A stretch of 39,190 nt of DNA from a bacterium (GCA_042219765.1 JBDGPI010000040.1:53567-92756); one strand, 5' to 3'. Positions 26,592-35,447 are shown, numbered from the stretch's first letter. Translations and numbers: made by a program. Notes: a model not told the origin generated them from the sequence alone.

Positions 26592-28277
26592 ATGGATTCA
26601 ACAATGTCACGACTGACTACCGAGCCGGTACTGATTGTCGACTGTCAGACCACGGGATCCTCCCCGTCCTCCGGTGATCTACTGGAACTTGGCTGGGGCA
26701 TCTACCGGGCAAGCGAATCAATTGAATCTTTCAGGGAAAAAACCACACACCATCTCCTGAAACCCCAAAGCGGTACCGTTCCCAGGCGAATTTCGGACTT
26801 AACGGGAATTACGGACGACCATCTATCAAGGGCCAAACCACCGGAAACGGTCTGGGCGGAATTCCATAAATCACTCAACTCCACTGACTACCTGGTCGCC
26901 CACTACAGTCAGTTCGAAAAACGGTTCCTGGATGACCTGGCTCGTCGACAGGGCGACTCCGATAAGATCAACCGCCCAATCATCTGTACTCACGAGCTTA
27001 CCCGACGGGTGCTTGAGGGTCTACCACGGAAAGGAATTCGGCCGGTAGCGGGATACTGGGGTCATTCACTCCCTGAAGAAAAGCGAACACACCACCACGT
27101 TCCCGCAACGGCTTTCATCTGGAAGAAGCTCGTTCAGTGCCTGGAATCAGACCATGGATTGAAGTCGGTGAAGGACCTCAATGAGTGGATCCAAACAACG
27201 GAGCCGGATTCAGGGGATCATTTCGAATATCTCATTGATCGCGACCGCCGGCTTTCCCTGCCCGAGAAACCGGGCGTCTACCGGATGCTTAACCGAAACA
27301 ACCAGGTTTTATACGTCGGTAAGGCCAAATCCCTGAAGTCTCGGGTAAACTCTTACTTTCAGTCCGGATCCAGTCTGTCCGAATCAAAACTGGAGATGGT
27401 GAGTCAGGTTGACGACGTGGAGGTCGAATCGGTCGAAACCCCACTGGAAGCCAGCCTGCTCGAAGTTGATCAGATAAGGGAGCATAGTCCCCCCTATAAT
27501 TCGAAATTTGTGAACGATGGACGCTCAATCCTCTACGTTTCGAGGGATCTGAGGTCCTGGGCTACCGTCCCTGATCCATCCCATTCACTGGGTCCCGTGG
27601 ACCGAAAGGATCTCATTAATCAGTTTCGAATTATCTGGGATTGGATCCGTCAACCTGATAACCCTTGTAAAGCGAATTCAGACCGCCTCAGCACCCTTTA
27701 TGAACCAGATCAGTTCGAAGAAGGTTTACGTGAGACAATACGTGCATGGGACTTACACCAGCTGAAACCGGGACTTGAGGAATTCCTCGATATAGGACTG
27801 AAACTCTGGAGGCAAGACACTGAGACTGACCGGAATGAAGCGGGTAATCAAGCTACCAAATCCAATTCGGACGGTCGGACCGCTATGGAACCCGCCGTAA
27901 TTCGCAACCGTATCGAAAATGTGGTGAAATGGGGAACCCGGGCCATCCGCCGCGGAAACTGGTTCCGTCGAATTCAATCGGCCAATATCTACTGGAAACC
28001 CGTCCGGGGAAAAACGGAGCCCTGGCGTCACATCAAGTTAGTCGATGGATCGATCCAGACGAGGCAGAAAACAGAGGAAGTTCGCCCCTCCAATCGTAAA
28101 GAAGCGCACGATACGCCGTCTCGGTTAACCGTTCCCGAATTTGATCGCCTCAGGGTGTTGACTCGGGAACTCAAACGGCTGACGTCCGAACCAAAACCCG
28201 TAAGAGTTCTACCGGGCTCTGACGGTACAGAAATTATCAATGGGAGAGAATTGGCAAGTCTACTGGAAAATTTCTAG
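26592..28277 (+). CDS. DnaQ-like exonuclease domain fused to a UvrC/Cho-type GIY-YIG nuclease domain, plus an uncharacterised basic C-terminal region
   Basis: The N-terminal LIVDCQTTG...LLELGW...LVAHYSQFEKRFL aligns by eye with Exo I and Exo II of the epsilon subunit. PGVYRMLNRNNQVLYVGKAKSLKSRVNSYF...PLEASLLEVDQIREHSPPYN is a clear UvrC-type GIY-YIG. The ORF is open from a TTG at 26550. ATG codons lie at 26592 and 26604. Confidence 0.8.
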   Translation: MDSTMSRLTTEPVLIVDCQTTGSSPSSGDLLELGWGIYRASESIESFREKTTHHLLKPQSGTVPRRISDLTGITDDHLSRAKPPETVWAEFHKSLNSTDYLVAHYSQFEKRFLDDLARRQGDSDKINRPIICTHELTRRVLEGLPRKGIRPVAGYWGHSLPEEKRTHHHVPATAFIWKKLVQCLESDHGLKSVKDLNEWIQTTEPDSGDHFEYLIDRDRRLSLPEKPGVYRMLNRNNQVLYVGKAKSLKSRVNSYFQSGSSLSESKLEMVSQVDDVEVESVETPLEASLLEVDQIREHSPPYNSKFVNDGRSILYVSRDLRSWATVPDPSHSLGPVDRKDLINQFRIIWDWIRQPDNPCKANSDRLSTLYEPDQFEEGLRETIRAWDLHQLKPGLEEFLDIGLKLWRQDTETDRNEAGNQATKSNSDGRTAMEPAVIRNRIENVVKWGTRAIRRGNWFRRIQSANIYWKPVRGKTEPWRHIKLVDGSIQTRQKTEEVRPSNRKEAHDTPSRLTVPEFDRLRVLTRELKRLTSEPKPVRVLPGSDGTEIINGRELASLLENF

Positions 28278-28507
28278 GAGCGAATAACCTGCTTAAATTC
28301 GTTAGCTCCTGTTTCTTAACCCTGGGACTATATAAGTGTTTTTTTGTTGCTGATATTTCGTATTTAATGAACTTACTTATCAAGCATAAATTCACCTATA
28401 GGGACTGTTCGTACAACACTCCTGGAATGGTTATCAACTAATCTCCCGGCCACTCAATTTACGAGCTGGTTTCACCGGATACCCTATGTAAAGCTGGCCC
28501 CTTATTT

Positions 28508-30496
28508 TTAACGGACTGAGCCGATGGGGGTTCCATCGGGTGTAGGCTGATCCCGCCAGGGATAGTTCATCCAGGGAAAAACCTCGCATTGACTCAGTGA
28601 GTTATACCGTTCACGGTCGAAATGACCCACGTACGTAGCCATAGCCCGGTAGACGACACAACGTTGGCGTTGATTGGCCAACCGGTCATCCTCCTCGACT
28701 ACCTGGAGGAGTTTTTCTGGATCATAAGTTTCTGAACCGACCCGAATTCCTCCGTCGGTGGGAGAATCAAAAACAATGTACCGGGAATTTTTTGCAGTCC
28801 ACTGAGGCCAGGTCGGGAGTTTCATACCACTTTTGGTTGGGGATCCTGAACGGGCAAATTCAGCCCAGTACGATCGCATCTGCTTTGAGAGCTGCAGACG
28901 CCCGGTTCGATTGGCCTCGGTGAACAGAAAATCGGATGCCCCGCCCCCGAAACTAAAATCACCGAACACAAAGGGAATTTCAAAGCCGTGCGACGCCCCA
29001 AGAATTTTTGAAAGATCCGCCCCCATTAACGAAGGAAATTCATCCCAGTCAAATCGATAGCCGTAGACGGTAGAACCGGACTGACTTAAGACCGTTGCGG
29101 GTCGGTCAACCGCGTTTCCTTTCCATTGATTACTGCTGTACTCCGCAACCATATCGTAGAGATCCGGCTCTTTCAGTTGGGGAATGAGCCCCAGGAATCG
29201 GTCAACCCACGCCGGGTCCTGTGAGAGGAAAATTTTGGTTTCATCCCGGTTTGTTCCCGTTATCAGTGGTACGTTGTTGAAACTACCGGGATTCTTAAAA
29301 ACCTTGAGGGGGTCCGTTTCGGGCAGGACAACCCCGTCGGCAAATACCCGCGGCGGATCCATCGGCATACCGAGTTCACTGGCTTCAATGGCCCTCATCA
29401 AGTCTTTAGGGGGTTGTTTTTTCAGGTAAGACTCCGTGGAATCCGATCCCATTGATTCAAGTATTTTACGGGCTTCGGGAGCCGATTCTGCACGGCCATC
29501 CTCCTGCAGTAATCGGATTAGCACTTCACGGGAGCTGTTATTGTGTCCCCCGTTTTGCTCGTATTTTTCTCCAAGTGAGGGCTTGGTTGTCGCCAGAACG
29601 CCACTCTGAACGATTGCACGATCGAAGAGTCCCTCAGCAAGGGGTGAAAGCATCAAATTATAAACGTTACGTCCCCCGGCGGATTCACCAAATACTGTAA
29701 CGGTATTCGGATCCCCACCGAACGAAGCTATGTTCTCACGCACCCACTTCAGGGACTGTATTAAATCAAGAAGGGCAAAATTCCCGGAACGTTCTGCCGG
29801 TGATGTTCCAGGACCTCGTAGGGAGGGATGGCGGAACCAGCCAAGCGGACCCAGTCGATACTGCACCGCCACAACAATAACGTTCTGTTTACTGGCCAAC
29901 CGACTACCATCGTAGAGTTTAGTATGACCGATAACGTTTCCACCGCCGTGGATCCAGACCATAACCGGTAATTGTTCGTTACCGTCGGGAACCTGCTCCG
30001 GTTGGAAACTCGGGGCATAAACGTCCAGGTATAGACAGTCCTCCGAACCCACGGGCGTCCCCTGGTCCGCAGTTTGGACACCACCGAGTCTACTCGCCAG
30101 TTGAGGACAGGGATTTCCGTGTTTGGTCGCGGTAAGCGTATCGCTCCAGCCGGCCGGTGCTACCGGAGGCGCCCATCGGCGGTCATTAACAGGGGGTTTG
30201 GCGTACGGAATTCCGAGCCACTGATGACCGCCGTTCTCACCAGTCGCACCAATGACGGGTCCGTGTTTGAGTGATCGTTCGGTCCGGGGATTGGTTTCCA
30301 GAGGCTTGGATTCCCGACCACAACCTCCCAGAGCCAGGAAGGTCATCAATAGAACGAGTATCACAGTTATCTTAAGGATAAATTGCCGCTCTAAATCTGT
30401 TCTCAAGGTATCAACAGCCTGGAAGTTGCTCGATTTGCAACTTGTAAAGTTGTCTAAGCAAAATACAAACAACTCCACCATTGAAACAATTGCCAT
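28508..30496 (-). CDS. Type-B carboxylesterase/lipase (para-nitrobenzyl-esterase-like), probable lipoprotein
   Basis: LPVMVWIHGGG (oxyanion-hole region), VTVFGESAGG (GESAG nucleophile elbow), GASHGFEIPFVFG (catalytic His region). A signal-like KITVILVLLMTFLALGGCG has a lipobox-like LGGC. The true start is probably internal to the listed ORF (e.g. a TTG before RTDLERQF), and I could not resolve it. Confidence 0.85.
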   Translation of the reverse strand: MAIVSMVELFVFCLDNFTSCKSSNFQAVDTLRTDLERQFILKITVILVLLMTFLALGGCGRESKPLETNPRTERSLKHGPVIGATGENGGHQWLGIPYAKPPVNDRRWAPPVAPAGWSDTLTATKHGNPCPQLASRLGGVQTADQGTPVGSEDCLYLDVYAPSFQPEQVPDGNEQLPVMVWIHGGGNVIGHTKLYDGSRLASKQNVIVVAVQYRLGPLGWFRHPSLRGPGTSPAERSGNFALLDLIQSLKWVRENIASFGGDPNTVTVFGESAGGRNVYNLMLSPLAEGLFDRAIVQSGVLATTKPSLGEKYEQNGGHNNSSREVLIRLLQEDGRAESAPEARKILESMGSDSTESYLKKQPPKDLMRAIEASELGMPMDPPRVFADGVVLPETDPLKVFKNPGSFNNVPLITGTNRDETKIFLSQDPAWVDRFLGLIPQLKEPDLYDMVAEYSSNQWKGNAVDRPATVLSQSGSTVYGYRFDWDEFPSLMGADLSKILGASHGFEIPFVFGDFSFGGGASDFLFTEANRTGRLQLSKQMRSYWAEFARSGSPTKSGMKLPTWPQWTAKNSRYIVFDSPTDGGIRVGSETYDPEKLLQVVEEDDRLANQRQRCVVYRAMATYVGHFDRERYNSLSQCEVFPWMNYPWRDQPTPDGTPIGSVR

Positions 30497-30581
30497 GAAT
30501 CATTCAATCAAACGCGGCTTTCTGTCATGGAGTATTGGACGCAGTGACCCCGACAACAAGTCCAGGGCCACGGAATGAGGC

Positions 30582-30953
30582 TCACCCGAACCTGGTCTCA
30601 AGAAATTCGACAATATCGTCGGATTCGTACATCCACTCCGTGCCGTCGTCACGGTCAATCCTCAAGCATGGTACCTGGACCATGCCACCTCCCTGCTCGA
30701 GTTGTTTACGGTAAGTAGAATTCTCCTTGATATTCCGGTACTCGAGCGGAAGGTTCAGCTTGTGCGCCGACCGGCGCACTTTCACACAGAACGGTCATCC
30801 ATCAAAGTGGTAGAGCGACATTTTTTCCAACTCGTCTTCGATCACTTCCTGTTCATCGGGGGACCGCTGCATTGGGGTTGGACGGGTGAGCCAATCAATC
30901 CAGATAATAATCCAACCCAGAAATTTCCGTATTGGTGCCATCACATACTGCAT
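30582..30953 (-). CDS. Glutaredoxin-like (GST_N-type) protein with an N-terminal hydrophobic tether. The in-frame TGA at 30795..30797 is read as selenocysteine (U-P-F-C redox motif).
   Basis: Hand translation of the minus strand gives MQYVMAPIRKFLGWIIIWIDWLTRPTPMQRSPDEQEVIEDELEKMSLYHFDG-TGA-PFCVKVRRSAHKLNLPLEYRNIKENSTYRKQLEQGGGMVQVPCLRIDRDDGTEWMYESDDIVEFLETRFG. The only interruption is the TGA at the first Cys position of CPFC. The frame is closed upstream by TAA at 30975..30977. A SECIS-like hairpin starts 15 nt downstream of the TGA. The start may instead be ATG 30941. The ORF track lists only the 3' fragment, 30582..30785. Confidence 0.75.
30762..30779 (-). promoter_or_regulatory. Bacterial SECIS-like recoding hairpin (mRNA sense: GUGCGCC-GGUC-GGCGCAC)
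   Basis: A perfect 7-bp G/C-rich stem with a 4-nt GGUC loop begins 15 nt 3' of the in-frame UGA. GGUC is the apical loop of the E. coli fdhF SECIS that SelB contacts. Flanking GUUC (just after UGA) and GAAC (after the hairpin) could form a lower stem. Confidence 0.6.
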
Positions 30954-31479
30954 CGAAATCACGTCTCCAGTGAATTAAATTTCGGCTACTGTGAAATAAA
31001 ACCGGATGGATCTACCCAGGTTGAGTCCGCGTTTCACTGGTGGAAGGGCTGCGACTATTAAGGTGTTACTATTGTAACTAACATCTCCGAAGAATTTACC
31101 CCTGGCTAATCCAGAGATCACTGGTAGAGAAATACGATTTTTCATGATTGAGGTCACATTATTTAACGTTAGTTACTCAAAACTGATTCAACTCCAGGGA
31201 TGTAATAGATGGGGAATTTTTCGATGTAGAAGATCTCAAAATATTACGGGATTTTAAAATGCGATCGTAAAATCAGTCTACTGGACTCCTTCGCTCTAAA
31301 AGTACGGATGGAAGTCGATGCCGATGTGTTAAAACTTTCACCTGTACAGAAGAACCCCTCCTAAGTTCAACCATGAATAAGAGAGATGACCTACCAGAAC
31401 CCGAAAATAAGAGTAATCGACTAATCACTAAATTTGTGTCGGATCTACTTAGCAACCAATAACTCAGGACAAATCCTGA

Positions 31480-32904
31480 TTAAAGCTCGAAAAATTGACC
31501 GTGGAAACCGAGGGGTATGACATGAGGGACGACGGCCCGGCCTATTTCCTCAAAGGTCGAGGCGTCAAGTACCAGCAGAAAAGAGTGTTCCTGTTCGGCA
31601 TCGATTATTACGGAAAGTATCACTCCGTCGTCCTCGGCGGTGGCATCGGGTGACTCGAGGAAAACCGGTTCACCCGGGTAGACGTCGTCCTCCGACCAGG
31701 TCCGGGTCGATCCATCATTGACGTTCACTTTAATTAGTTTCCCCAGAAAGGAATCCGACGTCTGCCCCACCCCGTAAACATAATTGTAGTCCTCTCCGCC
31801 GTAGCTTCCGTAATTAAATCGAGGTAGTTCGATAAATTCATCAAGTAGAACGTCCCTGGATATTGATTCATCGTTCATATCCACGCTGACACGACTCAGT
31901 TCCGGGGAAGACGGATTGTAGCCCTCGGAGCGAATATCCTCGAGGTAGAAGTCGTGGATGATGTCGGCGTCCGGGTAAGTTACAAGGTCAATATTTACCC
32001 TGCCATTCTGTTCGAACGCATTTACATGGTGAAATGAGAAGAAAGCCTCTTCGGTCGATGGACGTGCAATCACCTCACCGGAATCCTTGTCGAGTATGGT
32101 AAATCGGGTCCCCTTCTCGGGTTTCCACTCAAAAGCTTTGATGATTGGATCATTACCGATGGCCACGTCAAACGGGTCTAATACCAGTGGGAATTCCGCA
32201 AGTACTACGTAGTTTTCGGTCATTCCAAAACTGTGCATGTACGCGGGCTCATCCGTCGGAATCGAATTAATAACATCACGCTCACCCGTCTCGTTATCGA
32301 TCTGAAAATACTTGTACCGGTGCCTGAAGGAGAATTCCGTTATGTAGCTAATCGTTGCGCCTCGTTCGGAGTCGAAGTGAGGATGAGCGGTTGTCAGATG
32401 CCCGTCAACTCCCAGACCGTCCTTGATCTCGAGAGTATCCAGCGTTTCCGGATCGAACTCAACCGGGATTGGAGTTTCGGTTAGAGCCAAATACTCGTCG
32501 GCTATCTCGGCCACGTTCACGACGGCGTTGTCCGTCGGATCAGGAGGTTTGAAGTACGTGAAAAACTGCTCGAAGATATCTCGACAGGGGTCGGTCCCAA
32601 ATTCTTTGTATTTCATTTCACCTTCACGGGCATGCTTGTAGGCATCGCTTTCAAGAAACTTATTCTGATAGCTGACATCTCCGTTCCGGAGAGTGAACAG
32701 ATGTAGCATGGCGTACCCATCGAAAAGGTGATTAAGCTGTCGATCCCCCACCTCAAATTTCGCCGGGGTATTTCGGAATAGTGAACCGTCAATCCAATCA
32801 GGAATCCGACCTTTCACGGTTAAATCATCGATAGACCGTTCCTCTTCCAGGCTCTGAATTATGACCGAACGCTTATCCGCTCTGGTGTTTCGATCGTCGG
32901 ACAC
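31480..32904 (-). CDS. Carotenoid/apocarotenoid cleavage oxygenase (RPE65/CCO family)
   Basis: The four conserved iron-ligand His contexts are present: TTAHPHFD, YMHSFGMTENYVV, FFSFHHVNAFE, PLGFHGQFF. The GTG start at 32904 is preceded by GGGAGG with a 9-nt spacer. Confidence 0.9.
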   Translation of the reverse strand: MSDDRNTRADKRSVIIQSLEEERSIDDLTVKGRIPDWIDGSLFRNTPAKFEVGDRQLNHLFDGYAMLHLFTLRNGDVSYQNKFLESDAYKHAREGEMKYKEFGTDPCRDIFEQFFTYFKPPDPTDNAVVNVAEIADEYLALTETPIPVEFDPETLDTLEIKDGLGVDGHLTTAHPHFDSERGATISYITEFSFRHRYKYFQIDNETGERDVINSIPTDEPAYMHSFGMTENYVVLAEFPLVLDPFDVAIGNDPIIKAFEWKPEKGTRFTILDKDSGEVIARPSTEEAFFSFHHVNAFEQNGRVNIDLVTYPDADIIHDFYLEDIRSEGYNPSSPELSRVSVDMNDESISRDVLLDEFIELPRFNYGSYGGEDYNYVYGVGQTSDSFLGKLIKVNVNDGSTRTWSEDDVYPGEPVFLESPDATAEDDGVILSVIIDAEQEHSFLLVLDASTFEEIGRAVVPHVIPLGFHGQFFEL

Positions 32905-33223
32905 TTTTTGAGGCCTCCCAAAATAACTGAATACCTAAAAGTCCATCACACACAGGAGATTATATGGCCCCCGGGATGAGTTTTTAATCAACTACAATTA
33001 TTCAAGCACCACTCAACGATTAACCCCAATTAGCCTGTGTGCCAAACTTTAACCCCTTGGGACGATGGGATTATTCCATTGTTGGATCTGTTAGCTGATT
33101 GGACCAATTGGTCGAATTTTATCTAACCAACGGTTCAAGAACCATTATGGGCCAGCTAGTAATAAGATCGTTGGTTGATATCCTGAATTACACCGATTTA
33201 ACTAACCTCCGAACAGCACGTAT

Positions 33224-34927
33224 TTAGGATAATTTATCAAGGTACTCCATGCTTTTTTGATCGTAACTAAGTTGGGTTAGCTGACAGGCAGTCGGTAGTT
33301 CACCGTAGTCGAACCAGGTGTAGGCGCAGACTTCGCAGGTATCGATTAAAACTCCGGTGTCCCCCCTGAAATTCTTGAGTAGGAATTCGTTCCCACAATC
33401 CGGGCAGTTACCGTCCAGTTCGGCCGTCCGACCGGTTTCCTGCGCCGGGTTGATGCCTTCAATGTACTTCTCATTTAAATCCTCCTTTTTTTCGTTCGTC
33501 AAAGCCGTTTCAAACCGACACGTAATTTTGAAAAGATCGTCCTGTTTGAGGCCAACCCCCCCACAAATGAAGCACTCGTCCAGTTGTACCCCAAGCCAAG
33601 TACGATCCGTTAGGGGCCCATTACAATTTGGACAGGACTGCTCGAATCCCCCTCCCTCCTCCTTTCGCATTTGAAGGAGGTCTTGAAACAACGGAATCGA
33701 CTCCATCGGTCTGAACTCTTCACCGTCGGCCAGACCAATTTGCGTTTGGGGATCCATTATTCCGGGCTCCATCAACCGGGAGAATCGTACGGGGCCCTCA
33801 GTTTTGTCGTCCACCTTGACGTGAAACTCCTCCTCGACGGCCGGACGGCCACTCTCGAATTCAACGCGGCGATGGGAGAACGGCTCGGTTGAGTCAAAAT
33901 CGACCTGGTTTTCGAGGGTTTCCATACTCTCAGCGGCCAGATCGAGCAAACGGTTCAAGCGCAGGTCAAGTGGGGGGTGGTTCTCGAACCAGCCACTGGA
34001 GTCACCGTTGCCGGAACCGTCTTTTTCTAACTTTCCCGGATCTACCGGGACAACCTGAAGCGCCTCGTAGGTTTGCTTTTTAAGCCGGGGACTCGATTGG
34101 TAATGGTGAACGCGTGAAGGATTGTACTTGTAGTAAAACCCCAGTTTATAGAGGGTTCGGGCAAGTGCGATCGGATTTCGATTGTACTCGACCGCTCGTG
34201 CGTCCGCTCGTGTCTCCTGGGTCCGGGAGACGGTGGTTCTTAGCAAACGCCCGATGATTGTGTAGACGGTGGCCAGGGCTACAACCATGATCCCGTCCGT
34301 CGAGACTTCACCTGATCCGAGACCATAAGTCGAGCCATATCGTGTTTGACCGCCGTCCACGTCCACCACGTTTACGTCGGGTTCGGCTACTCCAGTGATA
34401 CTCTCAATGGTGCTCATGATATTTTCCATAAAAGTTTTGATCCGGGTATCACCGTAAGCGACGTGCGCCGCCTCGTGTGCTACGACTCCCTGAAGTTCAC
34501 TTCGCTCAAGACACCCAATGGTTCCTTCCGTGAGAATAATCGCACACTGGTTTCGGTCCTCCAGAGAAAGGGCAGTCCGATACTCGGAGGAAATGACGTA
34601 TCCGTCAAAGTCCTTTCCTCCGGCGGCAATCTCGAGTTCGTCAATAATGTTCCGAAACAGCTGGTGGTATCGATCACCGGAATCAATCGGTTTGGCATCA
34701 AGCTTCTTAAGTTCTCGATCAATCGAGCGAAAGTAAGCTATCAGGAAGTGTCCGACGGCGAGCACCGTTCCAAAGAGCAGGAAATACGAAGTGAGAAAAG
34801 TGAAAAACCCTCCGAACTGGTGCTCAAAAGCAATGTATACAACAATCGACAGGAGCCAAAAAAAGCTCACGTACATAAGAACGAGAGCAACCAGAAAAAA
34901 AAGGAGCCTCTTTCTCGGTGGGATCAT
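33224..34927 (-). CDS. Membrane M48-family zinc metalloprotease with a C-terminal GYF_2-like segment and two zinc-ribbon modules
   Basis: N-terminal TM helices, then VVAHEAAHVAYGD (HExxH) and a downstream QETRADARAVEY. The C-terminus has CPNCNGPL...CFICGG and CPDCGNEF...CEVCAYTWFDYGEL, which resemble TFIIB-type zinc fingers. I prefer ATG 34927 (MIPPRKRLLFFLVALVL...). The ORF is open up to a TTG at 34975. Confidence 0.8.
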   Translation of the reverse strand: MIPPRKRLLFFLVALVLMYVSFFWLLSIVVYIAFEHQFGGFFTFLTSYFLLFGTVLAVGHFLIAYFRSIDRELKKLDAKPIDSGDRYHQLFRNIIDELEIAAGGKDFDGYVISSEYRTALSLEDRNQCAIILTEGTIGCLERSELQGVVAHEAAHVAYGDTRIKTFMENIMSTIESITGVAEPDVNVVDVDGGQTRYGSTYGLGSGEVSTDGIMVVALATVYTIIGRLLRTTVSRTQETRADARAVEYNRNPIALARTLYKLGFYYKYNPSRVHHYQSSPRLKKQTYEALQVVPVDPGKLEKDGSGNGDSSGWFENHPPLDLRLNRLLDLAAESMETLENQVDFDSTEPFSHRRVEFESGRPAVEEEFHVKVDDKTEGPVRFSRLMEPGIMDPQTQIGLADGEEFRPMESIPLFQDLLQMRKEEGGGFEQSCPNCNGPLTDRTWLGVQLDECFICGGVGLKQDDLFKITCRFETALTNEKKEDLNEKYIEGINPAQETGRTAELDGNCPDCGNEFLLKNFRGDTGVLIDTCEVCAYTWFDYGELPTACQLTQLSYDQKSMEYLDKLS

Positions 34928-35447
34928 CAATCTCGAAATAGTCCCGTTGCCGAAAATCACCAAATGGAACGACAAAATTGTAGGGGATTTTCTCCGTGGT
35001 CTGATTTAATTGCATCACCGAGTCATTGTAGTGCTGGCGGGCGTAACTGATACGGTTTTCGGTTGACGTCAATTCTTCCTGCAATTCCCGAAAATTCTCG
35101 TCGGCCTGTAACTGAGGGTAATTCTCGGAAACCGCAAATAACGACCGGAGTGAATCGGTAAGCATGTTCTCCGCTTCCGCCTGTTTCTGGAGGTTCTCCG
35201 TGTCTACCTCAACGGCCTGCTGCCGCGCTCTGGTTACGGCTTCAAACGTTTCCTGTTCGTGTTCGGCGTATCCCTGAACAGTTTCCACAAGATTCGGTAT
35301 CAGGTCGTGCCGGCGCTTTAATTGAACCTCGATCTGACTCAGCGCATTGTCGACTCGATTTTTTAAATTCACAAGACGATTGTACAGGTATACAAAAAGT
35401 CCGAGTAAAACCAATAATCCAGTCATTAACATGCTGGTCGTACTCAC
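34824..35447 (-). CDS. lemA: LemA family protein
   Basis: YNRLVNLKNRVDNALSQIEVQLKRRHDLIPNLVETVQGYAEHEQETFEAVTRAR and SENYPQLQADENFRELQEEL are hallmark LemA sequences after a single N-terminal TM. GTG 35447 is preceded by GGTGG with a 6-nt spacer. The ORF is open to a TTG at 35504, and an ATG lies at 35432. The 3' end overlaps the M48 gene out of frame. Confidence 0.85.
   Translation of the reverse strand: MSTTSMLMTGLLVLLGLFVYLYNRLVNLKNRVDNALSQIEVQLKRRHDLIPNLVETVQGYAEHEQETFEAVTRARQQAVEVDTENLQKQAEAENMLTDSLRSLFAVSENYPQLQADENFRELQEELTSTENRISYARQHYNDSVMQLNQTTEKIPYNFVVPFGDFRQRDYFEIDDPTEKEAPFFSGCSRSYVRELFLAPVDCCIHCF

Noticed and set aside
28276-28317. An imperfect hairpin, AGGAGC-GAAT...ATTC-gtta-GCTCCT, followed by GTTTCTT just after the exonuclease/GIY-YIG stop codon. 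Considered as a rho-independent terminator.
   Set aside because: The stem is interrupted by a 4-nt bulge and a large loop, and the U-tract is weak. It is plausible but not strong enough to list as a feature. I could not find a canonical GC-rich stem plus U-run after any other gene either.
30702-31061. A 119-aa plus-strand ORF overlapping the glutaredoxin-like locus
   Set aside because: It is antisense to a minus-strand reading frame that has clear family-like sequence on both sides of the TGA. Its own translation (RILLDIPVLERKVQLVRRPAHFHTERSS...) is basic and shows no motif.
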